Shown one piece after another: positions 1 to 12,500 of a stretch of DNA of 64,000 nucleotides. Made by a program: the position numbers and the translations under genes. Position 1 is the first letter of the stretch, and the number at the start of each line of letters is the position of its first letter. The notes beneath the pieces were generated by a model, which was given only the letters and a program-made list of their open reading frames with translations, was not told where the DNA came from and did not search any database. Origin of the DNA: Hormiphora californensis (Eukaryota > Animalia > Ctenophora). The stretch covers positions 6,448,001 to 6,512,000 of the forward strand of contig CM035360.1 of assembly GCA_020137815.1 (NCBI GenBank), given 5' to 3'.

Positions 1-47
1 TAACCAATCGACAATTTCAAGTTCAAAAGTTTCAGAACAAGTGAAAA

Positions 48-3000
48 TCACGTACAAAATTTACAAACCACGTACATTCGTTGCCGTTTGGAGGGGGTTC
101 CATTTCCACCATTATGGTGATCGAGAGATCTCTTCTGCTGTGACGAGGAGCCCACTAACTGGGACCGGGAGGTGACCTGGTAAGCTTGGAGGAGGCGCTC
201 CTTTGCACCATACACTAAATAGTCAGGGATGTAGTCCAGCATTACACAAGTCGCACCCGCTTCCAGGAGGGCACCCACTGGTAACTCTGAGGGAACGAGG
301 GGGTTAGAGACATTGTGAAGATTAGGCAAACTTGACTAGAATAGCAGGACTGTTTCCCTTTTTTTAAGACCAGGCCTTTGCATTTGGTTGGACTAATGGT
401 CTCGTAAACAACTGACAACAGCCATACTTGACCCTCACCGCACAATAACAACAACAACCAAAGCAGTGTTTAGTTACCGTGTTTCTACATTTCTACAATT
501 AAACCTACCGTGTTTGTTGGAACACCGTGTGTCCACCAGGGCATGTGTGGTGCCGGTGAGGACAGAAAAGGGTGGTTTTTCTTGGATCACCACCCCGCCA
601 CCCGCTGTTATAATCCCTGGGGAGGTGGGTGGGTGAAGAGGGAGATATAGAGAGAGACATGTATGGAGATAGAGAGAAGGGGAGATATAGCTGCGAGAGA
701 GAAATATACCTTTAAAGTTTTTGATTTTCGATTCAGAACAACATAAAATTACTCTCCACCCATCGAAAGCCTTCTGATCTCGCCATTTCCCACTTGCTTT
801 TGCCAGGTTTTTATCCTTGCCTGTAGAAAATTTAAATCAGTCACTCCGTGAAGATATGCCTTCTTGAAGATATGCCTTCTTGAAGATATGCCTTCTTGAA
901 GATATGCCTTCTTGAAGATATGCCTTCTTGAAGATATGCCTTCTTGAAGATATGCCTTCTTGAAGATATGCCTTCTTGAAGATATGCCTTCTTGAAGATA
1001 TGGTTTCTTGAAGATATGCCTTCTTGAAGATATGCCTTCTTGAAGATATGGTTTCTTGAAGATATGCCTTCTTGAAGATATGCCTTCTTGAAGATATGGT
1101 TTCTGAGGAGTATGGTGAGTGGATTGGCCGACCAGAACAATGGACAACTGACCGATGGTGGCAGTGTTCTGGTTTATATCAGAGTTACGTCTCATCACGA
1201 TCTATGACATCTAACAAACCTTCGTAGTTGTCAGAGAACTTGTCAAGAGTAAACTGAGTCTCATCCAGCCACTCTCCCTTCTCCCGACATGCATCTATGT
1301 AGCTGGGGTGGAGGATTCGGCAGCCAGCTGCTATTGCTGAGAGATACTTCTCGTTTCGACTGGGTTTCCGGGCCTGGGGAAATAAGTTGTTAGTTCTGAA
1401 ACCTGTGTCCTGTAGACCCCCTTTCGTCACCATGGAAACGTAAAACGGGGGGGGGGGGGGGGGAGCCTAGCCGGGGGGGGGGGGGGTAATCATGGTGACA
1501 AATGGTGACAAATGGTGACATATGGTGACAAATGGTGATGGTGACATGACCAAAATTTTGAGATGAGTCACCATTTGACACCATTCTCTCTGGAGCTTCC
1601 TACAGGCATAATATGATGTTATGGGACATAATATGATGTTATGGGACACTGGGGGACACTTCTACCAAGTTTCAAGTCGATTGGATGTAATTAAGGGGTC
1701 ACAGGTGGTTAATTGCGCTTTTATGTGTTGTGCGAGGGAGGCACACCCTCAACGTGACTTTCGGGAAGTTTTAGCGGTCAAAAACACTACTAGCCGATCC
1801 GGAATGGCCATGTTAACAACTTATGAACAGATATATCGGTCTAAAGAAATTAAAAATTTTTATCAAATTTCTTTAAAAATTTATAAGAAATTCTGCCGAA
1901 ATCCGCATTTTTCGTCAAAAAATGGAGACAAATGGTGACAAATGGAGATAAATGGTGACAAATGGTGACAAATGGTGATGGTGACATACCCTAAATGGTC
2001 AGATGAGTCACCATTTGTCACCATTTGTCACCATTTGTCACCATGATAACCCCCCCGCCTAGCCCTCCTCGTTTTATTGTAGCCTCTATACTAATGGTAG
2101 TAGTGGTAAACAAAGGCATCAATATTGGTTACCTACCACGAGGTGTGTGCAGCGTTTGTCGAAGTTAGAGGAGGGAAGGTATGTCCCACCTAGAACACTC
2201 AAAAGTGCTGGAAACTCATTCTTCTCTGATTCTGTCATTGCTGAAAAAGGATTCGTGATCTCGACGAGAGGGTATATCGAGTATTGACCACATTTCTACG
2301 CCGGAACAGTAAGTAATATTTGGTCCAAGATTTGAAATGCTCTGATTATTTCTCTCTTTCTCAAGAACAACTACATCACATGTACTATCTGCAGATCACT
2401 CACCGCTCAGCATGAAGTTCCGAGTTGGTTTATCGTCATCTACAATGGTAGTGTCTTGGTCGGAGAGAGAGAAGTCTAGATCGTCCGGGTTGATGTCTCC
2501 TATCATCTCACGAACTTGCTCACTGTTCATCTGGGGAGGGGAGGGGGTCATGGGGATGTACTGAGATGATCGGGCCAGAGTCCAGGGGGTTTATGTAGAG
2601 CAGGGGCGGAGAGGTCATGTTTGTTAAGATACTGATTCACTTTAACATTGAAATAATACCTCACCTGTTTTTGTTCCCGGGTTGGGGTAGATGCTGAACT
2701 GGGTGCTCCCCGGGGCGGGTTGGTGCTGATCAACGTATCATTTGGTGGGCAATCACGTGACTTCTGATCACGTGACATCTGATCACGTGTCTCCAGGTCA
2801 CGTGTCTTGTCTTCCTCCTCTTTGCGTGCCAGGAACTCCGCACGTGCAGCCTGGCCGTCCTCATACGTCACTGACAGAGAGTGGTGGAGGGTAACTGGTA
2901 CTGCGATACATAATATGTATTACATATGGTAGAAGGGGAGGGGTACATGGAGGAGAATATTTCTACAATTTATTACCAGCTGGTGGTGCCTGTGACATGA

Positions 3001-5721
3001 GCTGTTCCTCAGGTACAGGCATTGAGTTAATCCTCCTGATGGCGCTCCTCTTTACACGTCGAGGGGTACCTGGGAGTGAGTGAATCTGGTGTGGTTATCA
3101 TGGTAATAGCAGACACCATGGTAACAGACACCATGGTAACCATAGTAACAGCAGACACCATGGTTACCATGGTTACAGCAGACACCATGGTAACCATGGT
3201 AACAGCAGACACTAACACTATATATACCTGGTGCCACTAATCCACTATTTCCCTTCTCCTCAGTCTCCGTACTGGCGGGTACTATCTTCTCCATAAGTGC
3301 TATCTCCTGGAGAAGGTTGGCATCCAGGGAATACGGGTCCTCCTCCGAGTTATTAGCTGCTTTTGTAGGTGATATGGTGGTGGGTGATGGGACGGTGGGA
3401 GGAGGGAGGTGTGAAGGTGGGGGATCCAGAAGGGCAGTGTTATCAATATCAACAGCCTCCACTGGCTTATCTTCCGATACTGAGGTTATAGTTTAAATTA
3501 CAAAGGGAGAGGATGGGGTAATTACTAATTTAGAAATATCATTTCCTTCCTAAGAGAGTACCCTACAAACTGCGAATAGTTTCCATGACTTACCAGACAA
3601 ATTCAGGGTCCGTTTGGGGTCGTATCCAGGAGGGAATTCTGTCTCTGGTAGCCGCTGTCCCTGTTCGTTACACGATACTAACCAATAACACGATACCACC
3701 TTCTTACCCTCTTTCAATGCCTTCTCTATAATACTGTCTTTAGGGCGCTGTGAGGGGGGGGGGGGTTGTTAGGCATCAAAAGGAGTGGAGATGAAGCTAA
3801 CTATACAAGGGAGGATAATTAACAATTATTAATTATTCCCAGGAGGTAAATATCATATTGCCCATCATACCACAAATGATATGTGTTGTCGTCCTATCCA
3901 GATAGTTCTTGGTGACAGCCCCGTTCTTCCTCGCCATGGCCTTCAGCTCCACTAGTGGCACCTCAGTGGGCCTCTGTTTGATCACCAGGGTAACGCCAGC
4001 CAGAACACGTGTCTTCCCTGCTGCATTGGAGATGTTCCTCTTGAACATGGTGGGCAGAGAGCCAAGTGTTGTGTCGTTGTTAGAGGTTACAGCGGGGGAA
4101 TCCAACATCTCAACCACTGAATCAACCTGAGACAGATTCTAGTAGTACTAGTACACTAATGGATACTGGTTAGCTAAGGAAGCTAATAATGAGCTGAGCT
4201 GAGATTCTAGGTACTATAATACCACTATATATAGAATACACGTGTAACTAAAGGGATGTAGACCTAGTTTTTAGTTAAGTAGTACCTTGAGCCGGGAGTT
4301 TTTGATCTTGATTGGAGTCGCAAAACCGTCTTTGTCATGTTTTATTGAGACGCTCTCAGCCGTAACACGTACTTCCTTAGTACCATTAGGCATCTACGGG
4401 AGGATACAGTCTGTTGAAACTGTTGCGATATCATTTCTCACACCATATTTGAGCGATATCATTTCTCACACCATATTTGGACAGATATAAATGTCACTTT
4501 CTGTTTTCCACGCAGAAAAAAAAACATGACAACTGTAATTTAAATTATATAATAGTTGCACGATAAACAAATTTAGTTGTCTAATGTGACCTACCTCTGA
4601 AAGGAGGACGGTGGCAGCTTTAGCGGCTGTTTTTGTTATGTCCTTAGGTTTCTTATGGTACGGATGGTGCTTATCCTGCGAGTTATTACTTTAGAACATC
4701 TGTTGAACACAAGGGGAATACCACCGCCCGAATATATAAAGTTTGCATGATAGACAAGAAATCCTAAATACCCTGAACACACTGAATACCCTGAATACCC
4801 TGAATACCCTGTTTATATGCTAACAATTTGAAACCTAGTGATAACTCATTTCAATGACACTGCAGATCATTGATTGAACTGGTGGGACTAGTACTCACCC
4901 CGTTCTCGTTCTCCTTAATTTCATAGTGAAATGTGTTGGGATCAATAAGGGAGAGGGTGGTGAGACACTGGTAAAGCCACCCAACCTGGAGAAAAGGGAT
5001 ACCCCAGTTTCGTGCAGCTCTCACTTTGGAGGTTGGTCGATTTACCTCGTCCTGCAGAAGGGAGGGGGAGGGAGAGTGAGGAAAGATAATTGCCTGTGAA
5101 GTGAAATCGGCCCACGTGCTCTAGAAAAAAAGACACCACTTTGGAGTTTTGTGGTTGTTACCAAAGTTTAATACCGGCCGCCAAAGTATGCACCTTGTAG
5201 ACGAGATGTGTACAGGGCAAACAATCCCTTTTACTATCCTTGATCGGCTTTCTAGTGAAAACTCCTTGAGGGATTCCTCCCAGGACCTTTATCACCTCAC
5301 ACACATGGGCTAACTCATACCCAGAAAACTGAAACAAGGGAGATTGGTGATATGGAGAAGGTAAATCCCGATGTTAAGGGCTAAAATGCTCTCTCTTAGT
5401 TAAAGTAACGATCTCTTGCATCTCACCTGTGTATAACAAATGACGCAGTTTTTGAGGACGTCACACTTGTCAGGCACGGGAGAGGGCGAGTAGAGGATGT
5501 GGCTAGTCAGGGAGACGATTTGTGATGCTTGGATACACCTAGGAGAGAGGGGTGGTGAAGAGGGACGGGAGAGAGAGAGAGAGAGAAGAGAGAGAGAGGA
5601 GAGAGAATAGAGATAGAGATGAGAGAGAGAGAGATAAGAGCTCTCTAGAAGATCTCTAGAGAGCTCTCGCTCTCTCTCTCGCTCGCTCCTCCTCTCCTCT
5701 CTCTCTCTCTGTCTCTCCTCG

Positions 5722-5756
<35 letters not shown>

Positions 5757-8700
5757 TCTCTCTCTCTCGCTGCTCTCGCTCTCTCTTCTCTCTCTCCTCT
5801 CGCTCTCTCTCTCTCTCTCCCCTTTGCACCCATGTAGGTAACGTGGGTTTTAGTCTTGTGAAGTGGGGGCGAAGGTTTGAAGGGGTCCACAACGAAAAAA
5901 TCAATCTCCACTTCGGACCTGAAACAAAAACAAATTAGTGAACAGAATGGAACATGGGGGGGGGGGGGGTCGAATATATCTAACACTTAACAGCTGCAAA
6001 CAAAACTACGACAAACCTGCAACCGCCGCCATTAGCAATGATTTGATGTTGTATGTTCCTAGCGATCTTATGGGGGATGTTGGATGATATTTCGAACACG
6101 TATCCCTTGAACAATTCCGATTTAGCTGTCGTCTGAAACATGATGAGAATGGATTACATGGTTTTGCAATAAATTAACCAAGAAAATCAGCAAGCCATGA
6201 TGAAACACGTACTGAAAGAGATCGGGAAGTGGTTTCGTTCACTGTACTCTTAGAAGTGGTTGCCGTGGTAACATCGTTATCTCGCGTGACGTCATTCTCT
6301 AGTGTGACGTCATCTGCCCCCGTGTACTGGTCCAGAATACTGCGCTCTTCATTGGTTGCCTAGCAACAAAACTAAGTTATTGAGAAACAACACCAGTCAT
6401 AGTGATTGTCAGAGTTCTGACCCGTTCCCTATCTGCTAGCAAAAAGCTATGATAAGGGATACTAGTTGCTATATTGCCCAACCAGAGTGAACCTACCCGT
6501 TGCTTGGTAACGGCAGCAAGAGTTCGTATATTAGGTAAAGGGTTGTCGGGTGTTGCTTGTTGCTCTTCAGGCAGGATGGTGTACTGGATCTCAGGTTGCT
6601 GCTCTCCCTTCTCCATACACTGTACTAGCCAGTCCACCGTCACTACCTCTGCCTCCTCCTCCCCTCCCCGGATAGTGGCCAACTGAAGGGAGGATAGATA
6701 TGAGTAACTGGGACAAACTAGATACCTTTATCAACACGATTTAAAAGTTAGAACTGAAAATCAGATCTAGCTTTATCAAATGTTTTTTAGAAGTTTAAAA
6801 CTCAAAGTCCGCAATGTTTTAGAATCATACCTCCTTGAGAGTAGTTCCAACTTTACACACAATATGAGTTACTCTCGACGAGACAGCACTGAGCCTTGTT
6901 CCACCTCCATTGTTTATGATCCGTTTCAGTTTGTCCTGTTCTGCGGTAGTGAACCCTGCAGCCAGGTATATCCTGCACCCTTCTAGGTAACCCTGTGGGG
7001 GTGGGGGAGGAGGTTTATATACTACAGGGGACCCTGCAGCCAGGTATATCCTGTACCCTTCTAGGTAACCCTGTGGGGGTGGGGGAGGAGGGTTATATAA
7101 CAGGGGACTGGGCATTATACTACAGTTGGTCACTTGCCATGCAGCTTGGTTTTAACCCAAAATATCGAACCGGAGGGGTCAATTACAGGGTTTCAGTTTT
7201 GCAACAATTACAGGTTTTCAGTTTGTCACAACTACAGGTTTTGTTATACCTACCTTATCCTTATTGATGGTAACATCTAAATCCAAAGTGCTCAGTTGCT
7301 CAGTAACCCCACCAGCAGTAGTGGGACCACTATCCCTGGTCTCCTCTAGAATGGGCCTGTAACTCAGCTCCCCAGCTGCTATAGGAGCTCCACCACTTGG
7401 TTTGGTTTGGTAACCCTCTGGGTCTAGATATACTCCCTGGAATTAGAATACAAGTTGAAGCATAGGTTTTGTAGTAATGTAGTAATGCAGTACTGGTAAT
7501 GACCCGGAGTTTTTACTCGTGTGAGATCAGGATATCGATAGGATATAATATCGGTTTCTCTTGGTAACCCACCTTCTTGATAGAGTCATAGAACCAGGCA
7601 GTACGGAGGACGGGGATGTTCCACTGCGAGGCATGTTCAAACTTGGTCCCAGAGGGGGTATCAGCTAACAGGTGGGTTACACTGTGAAGAAATGGGGTTA
7701 AAGATGGTGAAAACATTGAGAATATCCTAGGAAATAATATATCTTGGGATATCCCACCCATATCTATCTTGTATATAAGTTCACAACTATACCCCCTCTA
7801 AAACCCTACCTATCCATGACAAGATCACCACTATAAATGCCCCCATTCTGTACAGTCAGCCTCTCCACATCCCCTCTCATACTGATATCCAGGCCGGTAA
7901 CACATATCTTGCAGCCCCTGAATGGGGGACAAGCATGCTCCTTCATAATCTCTTCATCGTTCTTCACAACCTGTTGAAGATAGTAGCGTGAGAGTAGGTA
8001 GTTGAGAGGGGTCAAATGGGTGCGATGGTTCATAGTAACTACTGATAGCTGTAGATTACCGTGGATATTTATAGATACAACTTCAATAAAAGGGTAGAGA
8101 ATTTGAAGAGAAGCCCCTACCGTGGTTTTAGCTTTTTCCCACAGGTATTTTATCCACTCTCGGGACATGACGGGTATTCCATACTTGACTGCAAACCGAT
8201 ATTTCTGAAATAGGATTTTTTATTCAGAACGTGGACGGTGGACATTCATTAGCCGGGGATGAATGTTCACCAGAATGTAGCACCGTGGGGATTATTGTAG
8301 AGCAAAGATTTGGTAATGAAACTACAATCGCAATTATAGGGGTGACTTCGTAACCAAAGCAAAGATGTAACTTACGTTGCTTCCAACCTCATCCACAACA
8401 AGATGGGTAACTTCAGAGGTCAGGACAGTACTTGTTGTTCCGCCCATTGATTGTACCTGCAGATACATTAGGGGGGGGGGGGCAGGGTGGATATAGGTCA
8501 TAGGATATAGACACAACAAAACCTAAAAGTAGTAATCCAACGAACAAGGACCCCTAATGCAGTGGAAACGCTCGACGTTTTGGCCTGATAACATTTCTGT
8601 TCAAAGCCACCCTCGCTAGACAACTGCAGTTATCAATACACACCTTCCAGTAAAGGCTCTCTCGTGCTTCCTTCTCGATGTTGCTGCAGCACACCGTGCA

Positions 8701-9327
8701 CCCCTGGAGGGCCAGGGACAACAAATTCTTACCCTTCTGCAATCTTCGCGGTAGCAATATCTGAGAGACAAAGGGGTTGCATAAAAATATCTGAATCGAA
8801 TATATTTGCATCTCCGAGCCTTTGTAGCCTTTGTAACTAGAGGTAGGGAAAGGTAACAGCTAACTGCAGTTGTCCCCCCACATCACAATATGTTCATTGT
8901 TCCTCCCCTCTCCCTGTTTACCTCTTGTTTTATTAGAAAGATCAGTGCTGATGGTCCAATTACTGGTTTCCCCAACTTCACAACCCTGTCAAACGTCTCC
9001 CCCTCAAAGAAGGGCACGATGTAGAGCTCAGTGGTGGGGTCTGGCGTGCTCTCTAGTGATGCAAGGGGAACCAGTGGACATTCCACATCTAGTGTCTAGA
9101 GGAGAGGTGGGTTAATAACTAGAAGCAGGGATCAGGGTAGGCAATAAAACCTGATAAGAGGAGCTGCAATGTTGGCTGATAAAAGCACCTTTCGAACAAG
9201 GAGGTGTTTTGTTGATTGTTGACTGATAAACAGCAACTATTACCTTTCGCACAAGAAGGACGGCCTCCTCTAAAAGTGAGCTACATCTTGCTTGGTCTGT
9301 TACGGCGACTACATTCTTGCAATCCAT
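48..9327 (-). CDS. TOPBP1: DNA topoisomerase II-binding protein 1 (multi-BRCT scaffold), multi-exon
   Basis: Successive exons encode BRCT repeats in TOPBP1 order: YIVPFFEGETF..PVIGP (BRCT0), GCTVCCSNIEK..MGG..VTHLVV, PPFRGCKICVTGL..NGGIYSGDL, KFEHASQWNIPVLRTAWFYDS, YLEGCRIYLAAGF..GGG, RNEKYLSAIAAGCRILHPSYI. ATG 9327 follows an AG acceptor. The 3' end is uncertain (possible GTACGT donor near 74). Confidence 0.88.
850..1104. repeat. 16-bp minisatellite (GAAGATATGCCTTCTT) x ~16 in a TOPBP1 intron
   Basis: Directly visible tandem array; it produces the spurious repetitive ORFs 749-1198 and 841-1140. Confidence 0.95.
1473..2056. mobile_element. Non-autonomous DNA transposon (MITE) with G-run termini and 8-bp TSD
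   Basis: Direct repeat GCCTAGCC at 1465-1472 and 2057-2064. Termini G(n)TAATCATGGTGACAAATGGTGAC ... GTCACCATTTGTCACCATGATAAC(C)n. Internal arrays of TGGTGACAAA. Confidence 0.8.
3108..3211. repeat. ~27-bp quasi-palindromic tandem repeat (GCAGACACCATGGTAACCATGGTAACA) in a TOPBP1 intron
   Basis: Visible degenerate tandem units. Confidence 0.85.
5570..5820. repeat. (GA)n/(CT)n microsatellite pair in inverted arrangement
   Basis: GA-rich tract followed by CT-rich tract. Confidence 0.9.
6953..7099 (-). repeat. 78-bp tandem duplication of a TOPBP1 acceptor plus exon start
   Basis: ACCCTGCAGCCAGGTATATCC... at 6953 and 7031; translation repeats with a 26-aa period. Confidence 0.9.
8310..8357. mobile_element. 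48-bp micro-MITE with 9-bp TSD (Mutator-like)
   Basis: TTGGTAATGAA...TTCGTAACCAA imperfect inverted termini flanked by AGCAAAGAT at 8301-8309 and 8358-8366. Homologous copy at 43559-43620. Confidence 0.8.
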
Positions 9328-9585
9328 CCAGCTATATTTAGTGGAGGGGAGGGCTTAGGGGTGAAGTTAGGGAGAGGAGTTAGGGAGAGGAGTTAGGGCA
9401 GCAGTTAGGAGAGGAGTTATTAGTTATGGGGAGAAGTTAGGGGGCCGGGTGTCTTCTACAAACAGGGGTTTCTGAAACAAGTTGTTAAAAGAGACATCGA
9501 ATTAAAATATATAATCAGCACTTGTGTCAATATCTCCTCTGTCCCCGTGGCAGCTGAGAGATCTCTCTGACTGTGATCTTCTTCC

Positions 9586-12500
9586 TCACTTCTTCCTTAT
9601 CTTAGAGCGACTCTCATCCTCCTCCCTCTCCCTTCCACCATTAATTTTATTCCTCTTTGGGCTGACATCCGACTTCAATTTCTTTTCCACACTCCCCCTC
9701 CTCACACTATCATCCCCCTTCTTCTCATCCTCCCTCCTTCTCTTCTTCTCCACCTCACTCTCCTCCCTCCTCTTGACAGGGGCATCCTTCCTGGCCCGGG
9801 CAGGGGAGTTGTTCCGGGAGCTACTCTCCGATCCGCCCCCAGCTGCAGCCCCGGTTGTGGAGGGCTTCTTCTCCACATTGTGGAACTTCTCCTCTGCAAT
9901 GAAGTTGGACCGGCGGGAGTTTAGTAGGGCGGAGTAGGATGTTGCAAGGGCGTACAGATCGGGACGTGATGCTTTCTCCTCTTCCTTCACCTGGTATTAT
10001 GAGGTATATGTTGTAACAACACTTTATTTTGCACACTGTAACTTCAGAAAACTAAAATGCTAATAGGCATGCTTCACAAAAAGATGAAGGAACCGGGCAA
10101 GGGAACCCCGATAAATCCTAATTAATTTGCTGTACCTTTTGTATGCGTTTCTCTAGCGCCTGAGCGAGGTTCAGCACAACCGGGAACTCAGGTAGAATCT
10201 TGTTTAGGACAGTGAGACCGTTCCGGATCTGACTGTAATCCTTTGAATCAAAGCAAAACACCATCGCTTTGGTCAGCTTGAAGTGCCACTTACAGCACAC
10301 GTGACGGAAGTTCTCGTAGTCAAGATACTTCTCGATTCGTTTCTCTCCGTCAGCGCTGTCGCCTCGGATCACGTGCACAAAACCTAGAGGAGGGGGTAAT
10401 GGTTAACTGAGGGTAACATGGGGTAGTGTTTATCTGGGATTAACATGGGTAATGTGGATTGGGTGTGGATTCTTCGAGTTTGTGGATGTTTGACGATTTG
10501 AAAAGATCTAATAATGTCCTATCACGAGATCATTGGCAGGACGTACCGGGTGATTTTCCACACTCCTTCTCGTACAGTGCCTTGTCCTTGTGCCACTTCG
10601 ATATACCCTTCAGTGTCTCACATAGAAACCGGCCATACCTGATAATTGGAAATAGTGGGATAGTTAGGGCCTAGTGGGATAGTGGGTACTGGGTGTGCTA
10701 ACAATCTCGATAGCACGCAGAGCAGTTTTGTCAAACAGAGTGAATGACATGATTTCGGACGCAACCACTCACCCTATCACCAACATTAACAACATAACAC
10801 GGGGGATTCGACAATTACCTGCTCGCCTCATTATCAGTACAATTGGTAACAATATGACTGACATCACTGAAGATCCTATCAAAGTAGATGAGGGTTGAGA
10901 AGTTGACTGCCTGGGTTTTGTGGCAGAGCTCCACAAATTTAGCACAGTATACAGCATCACTGGCAGTGAACATTGTCCGCTGGATGATGCACACTTGGAG
11001 GAACTGAGGGAAGGGTGGTTTCAACATTGGGGGGTTGAAAGGTTACTTAGAGGACACAAGGATGGAAGATGTGCTCTATGGGTCATCTTGAGCTATTAAA
11101 ATTCCACGACCATCAGTAGTTCCTAGAAATAAGTCCTCAGGAGCATCTTACCTGCATTATGGCATCCACTTTTGAGGAGCTGAGGTTGGCAAACCACCGA
11201 TCCTTCTCAGCCTCAACTCTCGCCATTATCAGCTTGTGGTTGTTATCCTGAAATATTATAATAGTGGCGATAAGAACACAATTAGTAATGCACTGTGTGG
11301 GTCCTGATTGAGGTCCGGTACTGGAAACGTTGGACCTGAGAAGTTTGTCTATAGCTCTCAAGTTACCAGACAGTATTACACTGCCACATGTGTGGGGGAC
11401 ATGTCGTGACATGTGTCACAGCTGCAGCAGTTGTCGTATGAAGACATGTCGATACTAGAGAACGGAGGAAGTAAAGCCACAGTCCTATTGCTGTCAAATT
11501 ATTGCACAGGGTAAGCTAATTATGGTGGCAGTGAAATATGATGGCACTAATTAATGTATAATTAGTACTGATTAGCCATGAATGATGGATGTCTACCGCT
11601 CATGCTGTACAACAGCAGTACAATACCACACTAATTATTCCTAATTTGGACCTTTCCTTCCATGCAGGGTCCAAACATACCTGAGCCTTGTGTTCATCAT
11701 TTAGTCGGGCGATGAGATCCTTGTGTTTCTCTATCTCTTTGTCTTTCCTTCGCTGGGCTAACTCATCATTATCACTCACCTGATATTACACACACAGTTA
11801 GATAACAGGTGGAATGATATGGTGTCTAGGAAAACTGTTGTATCATCCATACCACGTATGGGAAATATATCAACTCAATATTACTACTATCATCTAATGT
11901 AGGCTACTGAACCCTCAGAATTGTATCATCAAATGAGATATACATTCTAGTAAACTGACCTCCTTGATGAGTTTCTCCAGTCTCCCCACCTCGCTCTTGT
12001 ACTTGCCAGAGGGCAGGATAATATCGGAGGAGGAGAGAGCCCAGAATGTAGCGAATAGTCGCGGTGATATCTTGTCCCATATCTTTGCTGGGTAAAGCAG
12101 CTTTACCTGTGTATAACAGTGTTGTTGGTTGTCAAAAACACTAAAAAATCCGGTAACTTGATCCAGAAAAGTGCTTTGTGTCATGGAAGTATGCGTGAAT
12201 GAAATTTATCATTCTATGCAGTTAGGATGATTTACCTGATCACTAAGAACAGACATGGTCTTCTCACACGCTTGAACGTACGGTTCCGGGTCTGTTGCAT
12301 CAGCTTTACCCCCACAATCAGCTAGAATCTAAAAGTGGTGGGGTAGTAAAATAGGAGAAAAGTGGGTAAGAAAATTGAAAAAAGAGGAACAGGAAGAATG
12401 AGAAATAAAAAAGGAGAGGCAACAATTATGGGGGAGATTTCTTTACCTGACCACTAAGTTTAGTACGCAACAAGAAGAAAGCACTGTCCGCCTTCAAGTG

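Noticed and set aside
8237-8270. Intronic hairpin as a snoRNA or miRNA
   Set aside because: Only a 13-bp stem, with no clear C/D or H/ACA box arrangement and no second copy.
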